Below are positions 9,616 to 17,453 of a stretch of DNA of 64,000 nucleotides, piece after piece. A model generated the notes under the pieces. That model ran no database searches. It was not told the DNA's origin and worked only from the letters and a program-made list of their open reading frames with translations. This DNA is from an uncultured Actinomycetes bacterium (GTDB lineage Bacteria > Actinomycetota > Thermoleophilia > UBA2241). The stretch is from assembly GCA_963709345.1 (NCBI GenBank), contig CAVPVX010000007.1, positions 416,001 to 480,000 of the forward strand, in the 5' to 3' direction. The position numbers and the translations under genes were made by a program. How positions within the stretch are numbered: the first letter of the stretch is position 1; each line of letters starts with the position of its first letter.

Positions 9616-10857
9616 ATGGGTCGCCTCGCGAAGGGAGCGGGCGTGGCATGCGAACGAGCGAACGAGGCGGCGCAGCAGCGCGCGCGCTGGATACGCTGGG
9701 GTATCCTGGGCGGCGTCCTCGTCGCCGTCACGGCGATCGTCACCGCCCATCGAATGGCCGTGGGGCCCGGCAAGCCGCCCGGCGTCGACGCCCTCTGCCC
9801 GCTCGGCGGCGTGGAGACGCTCTACTCACTGCTGACCGGCGCCGGGTTCATCCGGCAGACGGCCGCCAGCGCCGTGATCCTGCTCGTCGGCATGCTGCTC
9901 ATGGCCGTCGTCTACCGGCGCTCCTTCTGCGGGCACCTGTGCCCGCTGGGAGCGCTGCAGGGCATCTTCGGGGCGCTCGGGCGCAAGCTGATCAAGCGTC
10001 GTCGGACGATCCCGCCAGCCGTCGACCGCGTCGCCCGCTGGCTCAAATACGTCGTGCTCGTCTTCTTCGCCGTCTGGTCGTGGCAGGCGGCCGCGCTCGT
10101 GATGCGGCCCTACGACCCGTGGGTGGCCTGGGCGCACCTCACATCCGCCACGCTGTTCACCGAGTTCGGGATCGGGCTCGCGGTGCTGGTCGTGTCGCTC
10201 GCCGGCTCGCTGGTCTACGAGCGCTTCTTCTGCAAGTACCTCTGCCCCACCGGCGCCTTGCTCGGGCTGCTGGCCGGGATCAGCCTGTTCCGTATCCGCC
10301 GCGACCCCGCAACCTGCATCGACTGCGGTCTCTGCGACCGCGCCTGCCCCATGAACGTCGACGTCGCCACCGCCGCGACCGTCACCTCGTCCGAGTGCAT
10401 CTCCTGCAACGAGTGCGTCAACGTGTGTCCCGCCGCCGGCGCCCTCGAGGTCGTCACCGCCGGCAGCCGCAAGCCCTCGACCGTTCTGGCCGCCGGCATC
10501 GTGGTGGCGCTGATGGCCGGCATCATCGGCCTGACCACCCTGACCGGCGACTTCGAGTGGCAGAAGGAGAGAAACGGCGAAGGTCGCGGCGCAGGGCACG
10601 CCGGCCAGGGGGAAGGCCAAGGTCAGGGCGAGGGCCAGGGCCAGGGCGAGGGCCAGGGCGGAAGCGAGTCGGCCGTCAAGGGCTGGATGTCCTTCGCCGA
10701 CATCGCCGCGATGACGGGCATACCCCTCGCGGACTTCAGCGCCGAGTGGGGCGTGCCGGACGCGGACCTCGGCCTGCCGATGAAGGACATCAAGGACAGG
10801 TACGGCTTCACGCCGGAGGCCGTCCGCGCCTGGGTGGAGGAACGCCTTACGGAGTGA
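9616..10857 (+). CDS. Membrane 4Fe-4S binding protein (NapH/YccM-like polyferredoxin) with Gly/Gln linker and small C-terminal domain
   Basis: FCGHLCP and FCKYLCP motifs, CIDCGLCDRACP and CISCNECVNVCP, several TM segments. Confidence 0.88.
   Translation: MGRLAKGAGVACERANEAAQQRARWIRWGILGGVLVAVTAIVTAHRMAVGPGKPPGVDALCPLGGVETLYSLLTGAGFIRQTAASAVILLVGMLLMAVVYRRSFCGHLCPLGALQGIFGALGRKLIKRRRTIPPAVDRVARWLKYVVLVFFAVWSWQAAALVMRPYDPWVAWAHLTSATLFTEFGIGLAVLVVSLAGSLVYERFFCKYLCPTGALLGLLAGISLFRIRRDPATCIDCGLCDRACPMNVDVATAATVTSSECISCNECVNVCPAAGALEVVTAGSRKPSTVLAAGIVVALMAGIIGLTTLTGDFEWQKERNGEGRGAGHAGQGEGQGQGEGQGQGEGQGGSESAVKGWMSFADIAAMTGIPLADFSAEWGVPDADLGLPMKDIKDRYGFTPEAVRAWVEERLTE
10602..10661 (+). repeat. Short tandem repeat encoding a GQGEGQ linker
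   Basis: Repeated GGCCAGGGCGAG-like units in frame. Confidence 0.75.
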
Positions 10858-11024
10858 GGCGGCGGAGCGGTTGCATGCGGCGGTCTCGGCAATCCTTGAT
10901 CCGGCCAACCGGGCTCGGAGGCGCATGTTCAAGTCCCGGGGCGGCGCCGTCGGCACGGTAGAGCGGCTGCGCTTACTCGGGTAGTGTAGAGACCGACCCC
11001 TTGAGACTACCCCAGGAGTGGACC

Positions 11025-11444
11025 GTGACTACTCTCATGAACGTCGTCGCCGTCGTTCTCGTCGTGCTGGTCGTCCTCTTGACGGTGCCGAAGCTGATGA
11101 TGGCATCCAAGGCGCGGAGGATGAGGGGCAAGCCGGCGCCGGCGCCGCACAAAGCATCCGCCAAGAGGATCAAGTCGGGCGCCCGGACGATCCTGTACTT
11201 CCACACGACGACGTGCCGTGCGTGCAAGACCCAGGACCCCATCATGCGCAAGGTCCAGAAGCGCTATCCGGATGCCGTGTTCAAGATCGACACGGCGGCG
11301 AACCGGCCGGCCGCGTCCGCATACGGCGTCATGGGTGTGCCCTATCTCGCATTCATCGAGGGCGGGAAGCTGGTCTCGGCGCGATCGGGCGTGCAGCGGG
11401 AGGACGCGCTCGTCGGCTTTCTCTCCGGCAAGGGGAAGGCATAG
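11025..11444 (+). CDS. Membrane-anchored thioredoxin family protein
   Basis: N-terminal TM, CRAC motif, YGVMGVP cis-Pro loop; AGGAG RBS. Confidence 0.85.
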   Translation: MTTLMNVVAVVLVVLVVLLTVPKLMMASKARRMRGKPAPAPHKASAKRIKSGARTILYFHTTTCRACKTQDPIMRKVQKRYPDAVFKIDTAANRPAASAYGVMGVPYLAFIEGGKLVSARSGVQREDALVGFLSGKGKA

Positions 11445-11492
11445 GAGCGGTCCACCCGGCGTGCTGCGACCGAGGTCCGCATCGCGTGCGGC

Positions 11493-11625
11493 GACATCGC
11501 CGCGATGACCGGCTTCCCCTCGCCGACTTCGGCCTGCTGATGACGGACAACTGGAACCGGTACGGCTTCACGCGAGAGGTCGACCGCGCCTGGGTGGAGG
11601 AGCGCATGGCGGAGTGAGGCGGCGG
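11493..11625 (+). pseudogene. Degenerate duplicate of the 3' end of the 4Fe-4S protein gene (10699-10865)
   Basis: Shares GACATCGCCGCGATGAC, GGTACGGCTTCACGC, CGCGCCTGGGTGGAGGA and GGAGTGAGGCGGCGG with the intact gene; has an internal deletion. Confidence 0.8.
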
Positions 11626-11690
11626 GGGGCCGCGTGCTACACTACGCGTCCGCGGCCCCTGCCTCGCGCGCACGGCGGCCGCCGCCTCGC

Positions 11691-11785
<95 letters not shown>

Positions 11786-12002
11786 GCAGGTAAAAGACCC
11801 GCCCGAGCTACTCCTGAGCGGGTCTATCTTCAGCCTGAGCCGGAGCCATCTGGAGCCATCTCCAGAGGTGACGGCGGCCGACGGTGGTCGCCAGACGCGC
11901 TGCGAACGGGCGCCGCTATGGGTCCGCGAGTCATAGAGTTTCGGCACTGGTGCCTGATCTCGCCCTGCTTTCGATGAAGCTCGACAGGCCGATCGCTGGC
12001 TC

Positions 12003-13067
12003 GTGCCGCAGCCCTTCCGTCCCCCGCCACCGCCACACTGGTGCGCCGCCCAGCGACCCACGGAGCACCGCAGGTCAGAGCTGCTCACGCAGATGCGCGC
12101 CGGCCTCACGGCTCGCCACTACAGCCGCCGCACCGAAGAGGTCTACTGCCACTGGGTGCGCCGGTACGTGCGCTTCCACCAGCTGCGCCACCCGGCGGAG
12201 CTCGGCGACGAGGAGATCAACGCCTTCCTCACGCACCTCGCCGTCACCGAGCACGTCAGCGCCTCGACCCAGACGCAGGCGCTCAGCGCGCTGCTCTTCC
12301 TCTACCGCCAGGTGCTCGGGCGCGAGGTCGGCGAGCTCGACCTGGTGCGCGCGAACAAGCCGCGGCACCTGCCGGTCGTGCTCACGCGCGAGGAGGTGCG
12401 CCGGCTGCTCGCTGGGCTCGAGGGCGACCCGCGGCTGGTGGCCGCGCTGCTCTACGGCTCCGGCCTGCGCCTCATGGAGGCGCTGCGCCTGCGCGTCTGC
12501 GACCTCGAGCCGGGGCGCGGCGAGCTCCTCGTGCGCAGCGGCAAGGGCGGCCGCGACCGCGTCACCATGCTGCCACGCTCGCTGCAGCCGGCCCTCGAAG
12601 CCCAGCTCGCGCGAGGGCGCGCCCTGCACGAACGCGATCTCGCCGCGGGCTGGGGGCGCGTCGAGCTCCCCGGAGCCCTGGCGCGCAAGTACCCCAAGGC
12701 GCCCTGGGAGTGGCGCTGGCAGTGGGTCTTCCCGCAGCAGCGCCGCTGGCGCAACCGGGAGAACGGCGAGGAGGGGCGCCACCACATCCACGAGACCATC
12801 GTGCAGCGCGCCGTGACCGCCGCCGTGCGCCGCGCCGAGATCGACAAGCACGCCACCTGCCACACCCTGCGCCACTCGTTCGCGACCCACCTGCTCGAGG
12901 ACGGCTACGACATCCGCACGATCCAGGAGTTGCTCGGCCACAAGGACGTGCGCACGACGATGATCTACGCGCACGTGCTGAACCGTGGCGGCCAGGGCGT
13001 GCGCAGCCCGATCGACGACCTCGTCGGGGAAAGGCGGTCTGCCTTTCGCGCACCTTCAGGCTCGTGA
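12003..13067 (+). CDS. intI: Integron integrase (tyrosine recombinase, IntI family)
   Basis: RHYSRRTE..Y..W, SASTQ.QA, LLYGSGLRLME, GKGGRDR, integron-specific insertion (LPGALARKYP...WQWVFP...RHHIHE), HTLRHSFATHLLE, LGH, TTMIY; all catalytic residues present; start uncertain. Confidence 0.96.
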   Translation: MPQPFRPPPPPHWCAAQRPTEHRRSELLTQMRAGLTARHYSRRTEEVYCHWVRRYVRFHQLRHPAELGDEEINAFLTHLAVTEHVSASTQTQALSALLFLYRQVLGREVGELDLVRANKPRHLPVVLTREEVRRLLAGLEGDPRLVAALLYGSGLRLMEALRLRVCDLEPGRGELLVRSGKGGRDRVTMLPRSLQPALEAQLARGRALHERDLAAGWGRVELPGALARKYPKAPWEWRWQWVFPQQRRWRNRENGEEGRHHIHETIVQRAVTAAVRRAEIDKHATCHTLRHSFATHLLEDGYDIRTIQELLGHKDVRTTMIYAHVLNRGGQGVRSPIDDLVGERRSAFRAPSGS

Positions 13068-13117
13068 TAGCGTCATATACAGAAAGGGAGAGTCTGTGTC
13101 GATGACAAACGCAGACT

Positions 13118-13135
13118 GTCTAATAGTAGTTAGCC
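13118..13135 (+). other. attI-like recombination site
   Basis: GTCTAAT-AGTA-GTTAGCC simple site directly before the first cassette; GTTAGCCCGA is complementary to TCGGGCTAAC at the end of cassette 1. Confidence 0.75.
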
Positions 13136-13148
13136 CGAACTCCGGGGT

Positions 13149-13778
13149 GTGATTGCTGTGTACCTCGCCAAACCTGAGATCCCGACCGGCCAGGGAGTCT
13201 TGGTCTTGCACTCGTGGTGGGGCTTGAACGGGTTCTTCCGCGACCTGTGCGACCGGCTGGCATCTGACGGCTTCGTCGCACTCGCGGCGGACCTCTACGA
13301 CGGCAAGACCGCGAGCACGATCGGGGACGCAAAGGCCCTACGTGCCGAGGCCGGCGCCTCCAGGAGGGAGTCCGCCTACCGCTACCTCATCCGCATGATC
13401 GGCGAGCTCGAGTCGCAGGCCTCTGGAGACGTTGCCCTGCTCGGCTTCTCGATGGGTGGACACTGGGCCTACTGGCTCTCTCGGCGCCCTGAGCTTCCCA
13501 TCTCCAAGACGGCGACGTTCTACGCCGCACGCGACGGGGACTACTCGACAAGCCGCTCGGCCTTTCTTGCTCACTTCGCCGAGACCGATGAATGGGTGTC
13601 AGACGCCGGCGTGCTGAGACTCGAGCGTAGCTTGGAGAAGGCGGGTCGCGAGCATACGTTCCATACCTACGAAGGCACCGGGCACTGGTTCTTCGAGTCC
13701 GACAGGCCGGAGTACGACCCTGAGGCCGCGGCGCTCGCATGGGAGAGGACGGTTGCCTTCCTGCGGCGGTCGGGCTAA
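13149..13778 (+). CDS. Dienelactone hydrolase family protein (cassette 1)
   Basis: HSWWGL, GFSMGG, HFAETD, GHWFFE motifs; stop codon lies inside the attC R'' box. Confidence 0.88.
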   Translation: MIAVYLAKPEIPTGQGVLVLHSWWGLNGFFRDLCDRLASDGFVALAADLYDGKTASTIGDAKALRAEAGASRRESAYRYLIRMIGELESQASGDVALLGFSMGGHWAYWLSRRPELPISKTATFYAARDGDYSTSRSAFLAHFAETDEWVSDAGVLRLERSLEKAGREHTFHTYEGTGHWFFESDRPEYDPEAAALAWERTVAFLRRSG

Positions 13779-13859
13779 CAAGCACATCAACCTGATGCGC
13801 CGAAGGGCCGAGATGGACTGGGAGCGCACTTCGCACAGGTTATGTGCCGAGCGTTCGGC
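13773..13859 (+). other. attC site 1
   Basis: R'' GGCTAAC, L arm CACAT(C)AACCTG(A)TGCG pairs with CGCACAGGTTATGTG leaving two extrahelical bases, R' GTTCGGC. Confidence 0.9.
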
Positions 13860-13930
13860 GTAGCAGGTTCGCAGCGTCTTCCGTAGGCGAGGCGGGGTAG
13901 AATCCTTGTCGTGATGTCTCAGGGATGTGA

Positions 13931-14146
13931 GTGATGTCGGTCGTGTTTCGCATCGAGCTCGAGCGCGAGGCTGACGGGCGCTGGATCGCCGAGGTGGTCG
14001 AGTTGCCCGGAGTGCTCGCCTACGGCTCGAGCCAGGACGACGCCATCGCTCGCGTGCAGGCCCTTGCCCTGCGCGTCGTCGCCGACCGGCTCGAGAACGA
14101 AGAGGCCGGCCGCGAGTACCTGAACATCTCCTTTGCCGCTGCGTGA
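13931..14146 (+). CDS. HicB-family antitoxin (cassette 2)
   Basis: IELEREADGRWIAEVVELPGVLAYG is typical of short HicB; own TAGAAT -10 at 13898-13903. Confidence 0.87.
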   Translation: MMSVVFRIELEREADGRWIAEVVELPGVLAYGSSQDDAIARVQALALRVVADRLENEEAGREYLNISFAAA

Positions 14147-14355
14147 GCGACTGGCCCAGCACCCGCACCAAGCTCGTTCTCGCGGCTCTCCTGCGCATCG
14201 GCTGGACGGTCGAGCGCCAGACCGGTTCCCACAAGATCCTCTCGCGCCCCGGCTGGCCCAACCTCGTCTTCGCCTTCCACGACCGCGAGGAGATCGGCCC
14301 GCGGATGCTCGCGCGCATCGCCAAGCACAGCGGCCTGAGGCCCGAGGACCTGTGA
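14143..14355 (+). CDS. HicA-family mRNA interferase toxin (cassette 2)
   Basis: GW.VERQTGSH motif, FHDREEIGPRMLARIAK; GTGA overlap with the antitoxin. Confidence 0.9.
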   Translation: MSDWPSTRTKLVLAALLRIGWTVERQTGSHKILSRPGWPNLVFAFHDREEIGPRMLARIAKHSGLRPEDL

Positions 14356-14365
14356 TGTTGGGCAC

Positions 14366-14455
14366 GCCGAACAAGCGGATCAAGCTGGCTCGCCGCGGCG
14401 CCGGCGACCTCACGGGAGGTCGGCGCGCTCGCAGCTTATCGGCGGTGCGTTGAGC
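14366..14455 (+). other. attC site 2
   Basis: R'' GCCGAAC, GAT(C)AAGCTG pairs with CAGCTTATC, inner GC hairpin, R' GTTGAGC. Confidence 0.87.
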
Positions 14456-14482
14456 GTACTCGTTGCACGTAGTCGGGGGGCA

Positions 14483-14857
14483 ATGATGAACCAGGCGCTG
14501 CTCTATGTTGCATCCGGCCTCACCGGCATATGGGGTGTGGCGCATCTGTTCGCCACCAAAGGGGCGGTTGCGGACTTCGGCGATATCATGCCTGACAACC
14601 GTCGCATCATCACCATGGAATGGATCGCTGAGGGCGTAGCCCTGATCTCCACGGCCGCGTTCGTTGCAGTGGCAGCCGCGATCCAGCCGGGATCCGACGT
14701 CTCGTCGGCGGTGTTCGCCGTGGCAATCGGCACCCTCACCACACTCGCCGTTGTCTCAATGTTTACGGGATTCCGCGTCCACTTCTTGCCCTATCGGCTC
14801 TGCCCGTTCATCTTCGGGCTGTCGGCGGTACTGATTGCATGGGGCGCGTGGTTCTAG
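14483..14857 (+). CDS. Hypothetical 4-TM membrane protein (cassette 3)
   Basis: Hydrophobic ORF filling the space between attC2 and attC3; GGGGG RBS. Confidence 0.75.
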   Translation: MMNQALLYVASGLTGIWGVAHLFATKGAVADFGDIMPDNRRIITMEWIAEGVALISTAAFVAVAAAIQPGSDVSSAVFAVAIGTLTTLAVVSMFTGFRVHFLPYRLCPFIFGLSAVLIAWGAWF

Positions 14858-14883
14858 GAGTCTAGATCCGCCGCTCGGGAGAC

Positions 14884-14987
14884 GCCCAACAAGCGTTTCG
14901 ACACTGACAAGACTCGGCGTTCGAGCTACGCTCGACCAGACGAGGCCAAACGCCTCGCCCTGCAGGTCAAACGCAAACACGTTAGGC
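14884..14987 (+). other. attC site 3
   Basis: R'' GCCCAAC, GCGTTT(C)GAC(A)CTG pairs with CAGGTCAAACGC, R' GTTAGGC. Confidence 0.87.
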
Positions 14988-15049
14988 ACAACCCTGCCAC
15001 CCTCACTGCGGGCCTCGCCCCTTGCCGTCGCGTCGTGGCGCATCCGGAT

Positions 15050-15108
15050 GTAAAGCGTCCTTGACTTCTCTCAATCCCGTGTGCATTATGGTGTCAAGCG
15101 AGCTTTAC
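15050..15108 (+). promoter_or_regulatory. Sigma70-type promoter with two flanking operator palindromes (cassette 4)
   Basis: TTGACT-17 bp-CATTAT with TG extension; operators GTAAAG-N4-CTTGAC (15050-15065) and GTCAAG-N4-CTTTAC (15093-15108). Confidence 0.75.
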
Positions 15109-15122
15109 ACCAAGGGGTTTCG

Positions 15123-15323
15123 ATGCAGAACCGTGTGCGTGAGCTTCGTCTGGTCGCCAACCTTCGGCAGGAGGATCTCGCCGAACGCGTTGGTGTCAGC
15201 CGCCAGACGATCATCTCCATAGAGGGCGGGCGCTACAACCCATCGCTCGAGCTCGCTTGGAAGCTGTCCCGGACTCTGTCGGTGTCCATCGAGGATCTGT
15301 TCCAGTTTGGGGAGGTGAAGTAG
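15123..15323 (+). CDS. XRE-family HTH transcriptional regulator (cassette 4)
   Basis: QEDLAERVGVSRQTIISIEGGRYNPSLELA. Confidence 0.92.
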   Translation: MQNRVRELRLVANLRQEDLAERVGVSRQTIISIEGGRYNPSLELAWKLSRTLSVSIEDLFQFGEVK

Positions 15324-15704
15324 GTGCGAACTGTGCGCAACACCATGCTCCTTGCGATTGCGCTGGCCGCTCCATACGTCTTGGTCGGTCTTCTCTCGAA
15401 TGGCCCCTACGCGTCTCGCGTTCTCCAAGGCGGGCTGGTCCTCTTGATAGTGGTTGCCGCGGTCTCGGTTTGGATGTGGCGGCAAGGGCCACGCATCGAC
15501 CGCGAGCAAGATGAGCGGGAGCGGCTGATCCTCTATCGCTCCGCGAGCTTCACGCTCTTGGTAACGGCCGTTGCACTGCAGACCTACTGGGCTATGCGCT
15601 TTGCCGCCGATGGGAACGCTGGAGACGATGTCTTCTGGCTGCTCGTGGTCTTCTGGGGCACCTTCGGGGGTTCGTACGCGTACAACCGGATTCGCGTCAG
15701 GTGA
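15324..15704 (+). CDS. Hypothetical membrane protein (DUF2178-like, cassette 4)
   Basis: 4 TM segments with a central DERE motif, typical partner of small XRE regulators. Confidence 0.7.
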   Translation: MRTVRNTMLLAIALAAPYVLVGLLSNGPYASRVLQGGLVLLIVVAAVSVWMWRQGPRIDREQDERERLILYRSASFTLLVTAVALQTYWAMRFAADGNAGDDVFWLLVVFWGTFGGSYAYNRIRVR

Positions 15705-15707
15705 GGG

Positions 15708-15923
15708 GTGAATGTGATGTCTGAGAAGCGCTCGGACGCAGACGAGTCGAAGTCAGCTGACTCGATGGGCAACTGGATCGGCATCGGGGCGGGCTTGGGA
15801 GTCGCCATTGGGGTGATCTACGGCAACATTGGCCTTGGTACGGCGCTCGGGGCATGCCTCGGGGCGATCATCGGCGCAGCGGAACAGGCACGCGTCTCGA
15901 AGCGCGATCCGGGGGACAAGTAG
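15708..15923 (+). CDS. Small glycine-zipper membrane protein (cassette 4)
   Basis: GIGAGLGVAIG...GLGTALGACLGAIIG; GAGGGG RBS. Confidence 0.65.
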   Translation: MNVMSEKRSDADESKSADSMGNWIGIGAGLGVAIGVIYGNIGLGTALGACLGAIIGAAEQARVSKRDPGDK

Positions 15924-15936
15924 TAGTGACTGGTGT

Positions 15937-15996
15937 GCCTGACAATGAGATCAACCCGACTCACTTCGCTCGCGGGTTATCTCAAACACGTTAGCC
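15937..15996 (+). other. attC site 4 (short, variant R'')
   Basis: R'' GCCTGAC, TGAGAT(C)AACCCG pairs with CGGGTTATCTCA, R' GTTAGCC. Confidence 0.85.
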
Positions 15997-16002
15997 GGAC
16001 GC

Positions 16003-16638
16003 TCAACCAGCCGAAGCGGTCCTCGTCCTCACCCAGGCGGCAAGTTGCTCTTCGCTCAGCTCACCAGCAGCCAGGCCCAGCATCACCGTGACGACCTCGC
16101 CCTCGTCTGCCTCCAGTTCCACTCCGTTGAGCTCCAGGAACACGGCCATGGTGATGAAGGCGATGCGCTTGTTGCCGTCTTGGAACAGATGCCCGGTCAC
16201 GAGGCCGTGACCGTGGGCTGCCGCCAGCTCGGCGAGGTCGGCGTCAGGCCGGTAGGCTCTGCGCTGCAGGGGCCGGGCCAAGGCCGCCTCGAGCCCGTGC
16301 TCGTTGCGCAGGCCGGGCATGCCGCCTTGCTCGCGGATGAGGTCGAACTGCACCGCCTCCACGACCAGGCGGTCGATCCAGCGCGGCGCTTCGCCTCGCG
16401 GCTCCACCGGCTGCTTGGCCAGTTCTCGCAGGGCGCTGCGGTAGCGCCCTGCCACCTTGCCGGCGATGGCGAGCGCCTCCTCGACCGCAGGGTCGTAGGG
16501 CGTGAGCAGGATGCCGCGCTCGGTCTCGGCGGCGAGCACCGTGTCGCCCGCCGCGAGGTGCAGGCGCTCGGCCATGTCCTTGGGGAGCGTGGCGCTGATC
16601 GAGCCGCCGGCCTGGCGGAGCTTCAGTCCGCGGGTCAT
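16003..16638 (-). CDS. AbrB/MazE-type antitoxin fused in frame to Doc (Fic) toxin (cassette 5, antisense)
   Basis: N-part LKLRQAGGSISATLPK...LTPYDP...ALRELAK; C-part HLFQDGNKR Doc motif; CAG at 16413-16411 where a stop is expected. Confidence 0.82.
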   Translation of the reverse strand: MTRGLKLRQAGGSISATLPKDMAERLHLAAGDTVLAAETERGILLTPYDPAVEEALAIAGKVAGRYRSALRELAKQPVEPRGEAPRWIDRLVVEAVQFDLIREQGGMPGLRNEHGLEAALARPLQRRAYRPDADLAELAAAHGHGLVTGHLFQDGNKRIAFITMAVFLELNGVELEADEGEVVTVMLGLAAGELSEEQLAAWVRTRTASAG

Positions 16639-17194
16639 GGTGCTGAACAGGCTCAACATGATCATCGGCGCCTTCTTCAGCGAGTGCGGCACCGACCTCC
16701 TCGGACGCATCGCGCAGCTGGACTCGCGACTCGGTGAGGTGAGAGGCGACCTCGTGGCGACGTCCGCGTGGCGGCCCGCTGCCTGCGCGCGCGCCAAACG
16801 CGCCTTTCGTGCGCACGCACCGGTCATCGATCTGAGTGCCGACGACCTTACCGGCCTGCGTGACCGCCTCGACGGCGAGAAGTCCTACCTGCTCGGTCTG
16901 ATCGGCAACCAGGCGTTGCTGGAGCACGAGACGTTCACGGACCTGCTTTGGGCCGTGACCCACGTGGCCGAGGAGCTGGAGGCGCGGGACGACCTCGAGA
17001 CACTGCCGGCGGCCGATGCCGAACACCTCGCCGGCGACGTCGAACGAGTCTACACGCTGCTCGGCGTGCAGTGGCTCGACTACCTGCGCCACCTGCAGAC
17101 GCAGTACCCGTTCCTGTTCTCGTTGGCCGTGCGGACCGATCCGCTGGACCCCGATGCCAGCGTGACCGTCTCCGGTGAGGCCGCACTCCCGTAG
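16637..17194 (+). pseudogene. Probably 5'-truncated conserved hypothetical protein
   Basis: LNMIIGAFFSE...NQALLEHETFTDLLWAV...YPFLFSLAVR resembles the C-terminal part of a conserved anaerobe protein; ATG overlaps the antitoxin ATG head to head. Confidence 0.55.
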
Positions 17195-17206
17195 GGAGGT
17201 CCTGCG

Positions 17207-17410
17207 GTGGTCGGGCTGCTCACACTGCTCGTGATCCCGCCGAAAGCGCCGATGCCCGCCAAGTCGGCGAAGATGAAGGGCAAGCCGGCAGGCCGCGTCC
17301 GCCTACGGCGTCATGGGTGTGCCCTATCTCGCAGTCATCGAGGGCGGGAAGCTCGTCTCGGCGACGTCCGGCGTACGGCGCGAAGCGACGATCACGGGCT
17401 TCCCGCCCGG
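17207..17410 (+). pseudogene. Internally deleted copy of the thioredoxin gene at 11025-11444
   Basis: Near-identical GGCCGCGTCCGC.TACGGCGTCATGGGTGTGCCCTATCTCGCA.TCATCGAGGGCGGGAAGCT; the CxxC segment is deleted. Confidence 0.82.
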
Positions 17411-17453
17411 GAGCGCTCACGGCGCCTGACCGGTCGCTCGGGTCGCCACGCTC

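Larger units (their letters stand above)
12003..16640 (+). mobile_element. Integron with cassette array (integrase co-oriented with cassettes)
   Basis: intI, attI-like site, four attC hairpins and typical cassette cargo (TA modules, small ORFs). Confidence 0.9.

Noticed and set aside
11940-12002. LexA (SOS) box upstream of intI
   Set aside because: TCGATGAAGCTCGA does not fit the GAAC-N4-GTTC or CTGT-N8-ACAG consensus
13773-15996. Spaced palindromes as a CRISPR array
   Set aside because: Units are non-identical, separated by whole genes and have attC structure; no cas genes are present
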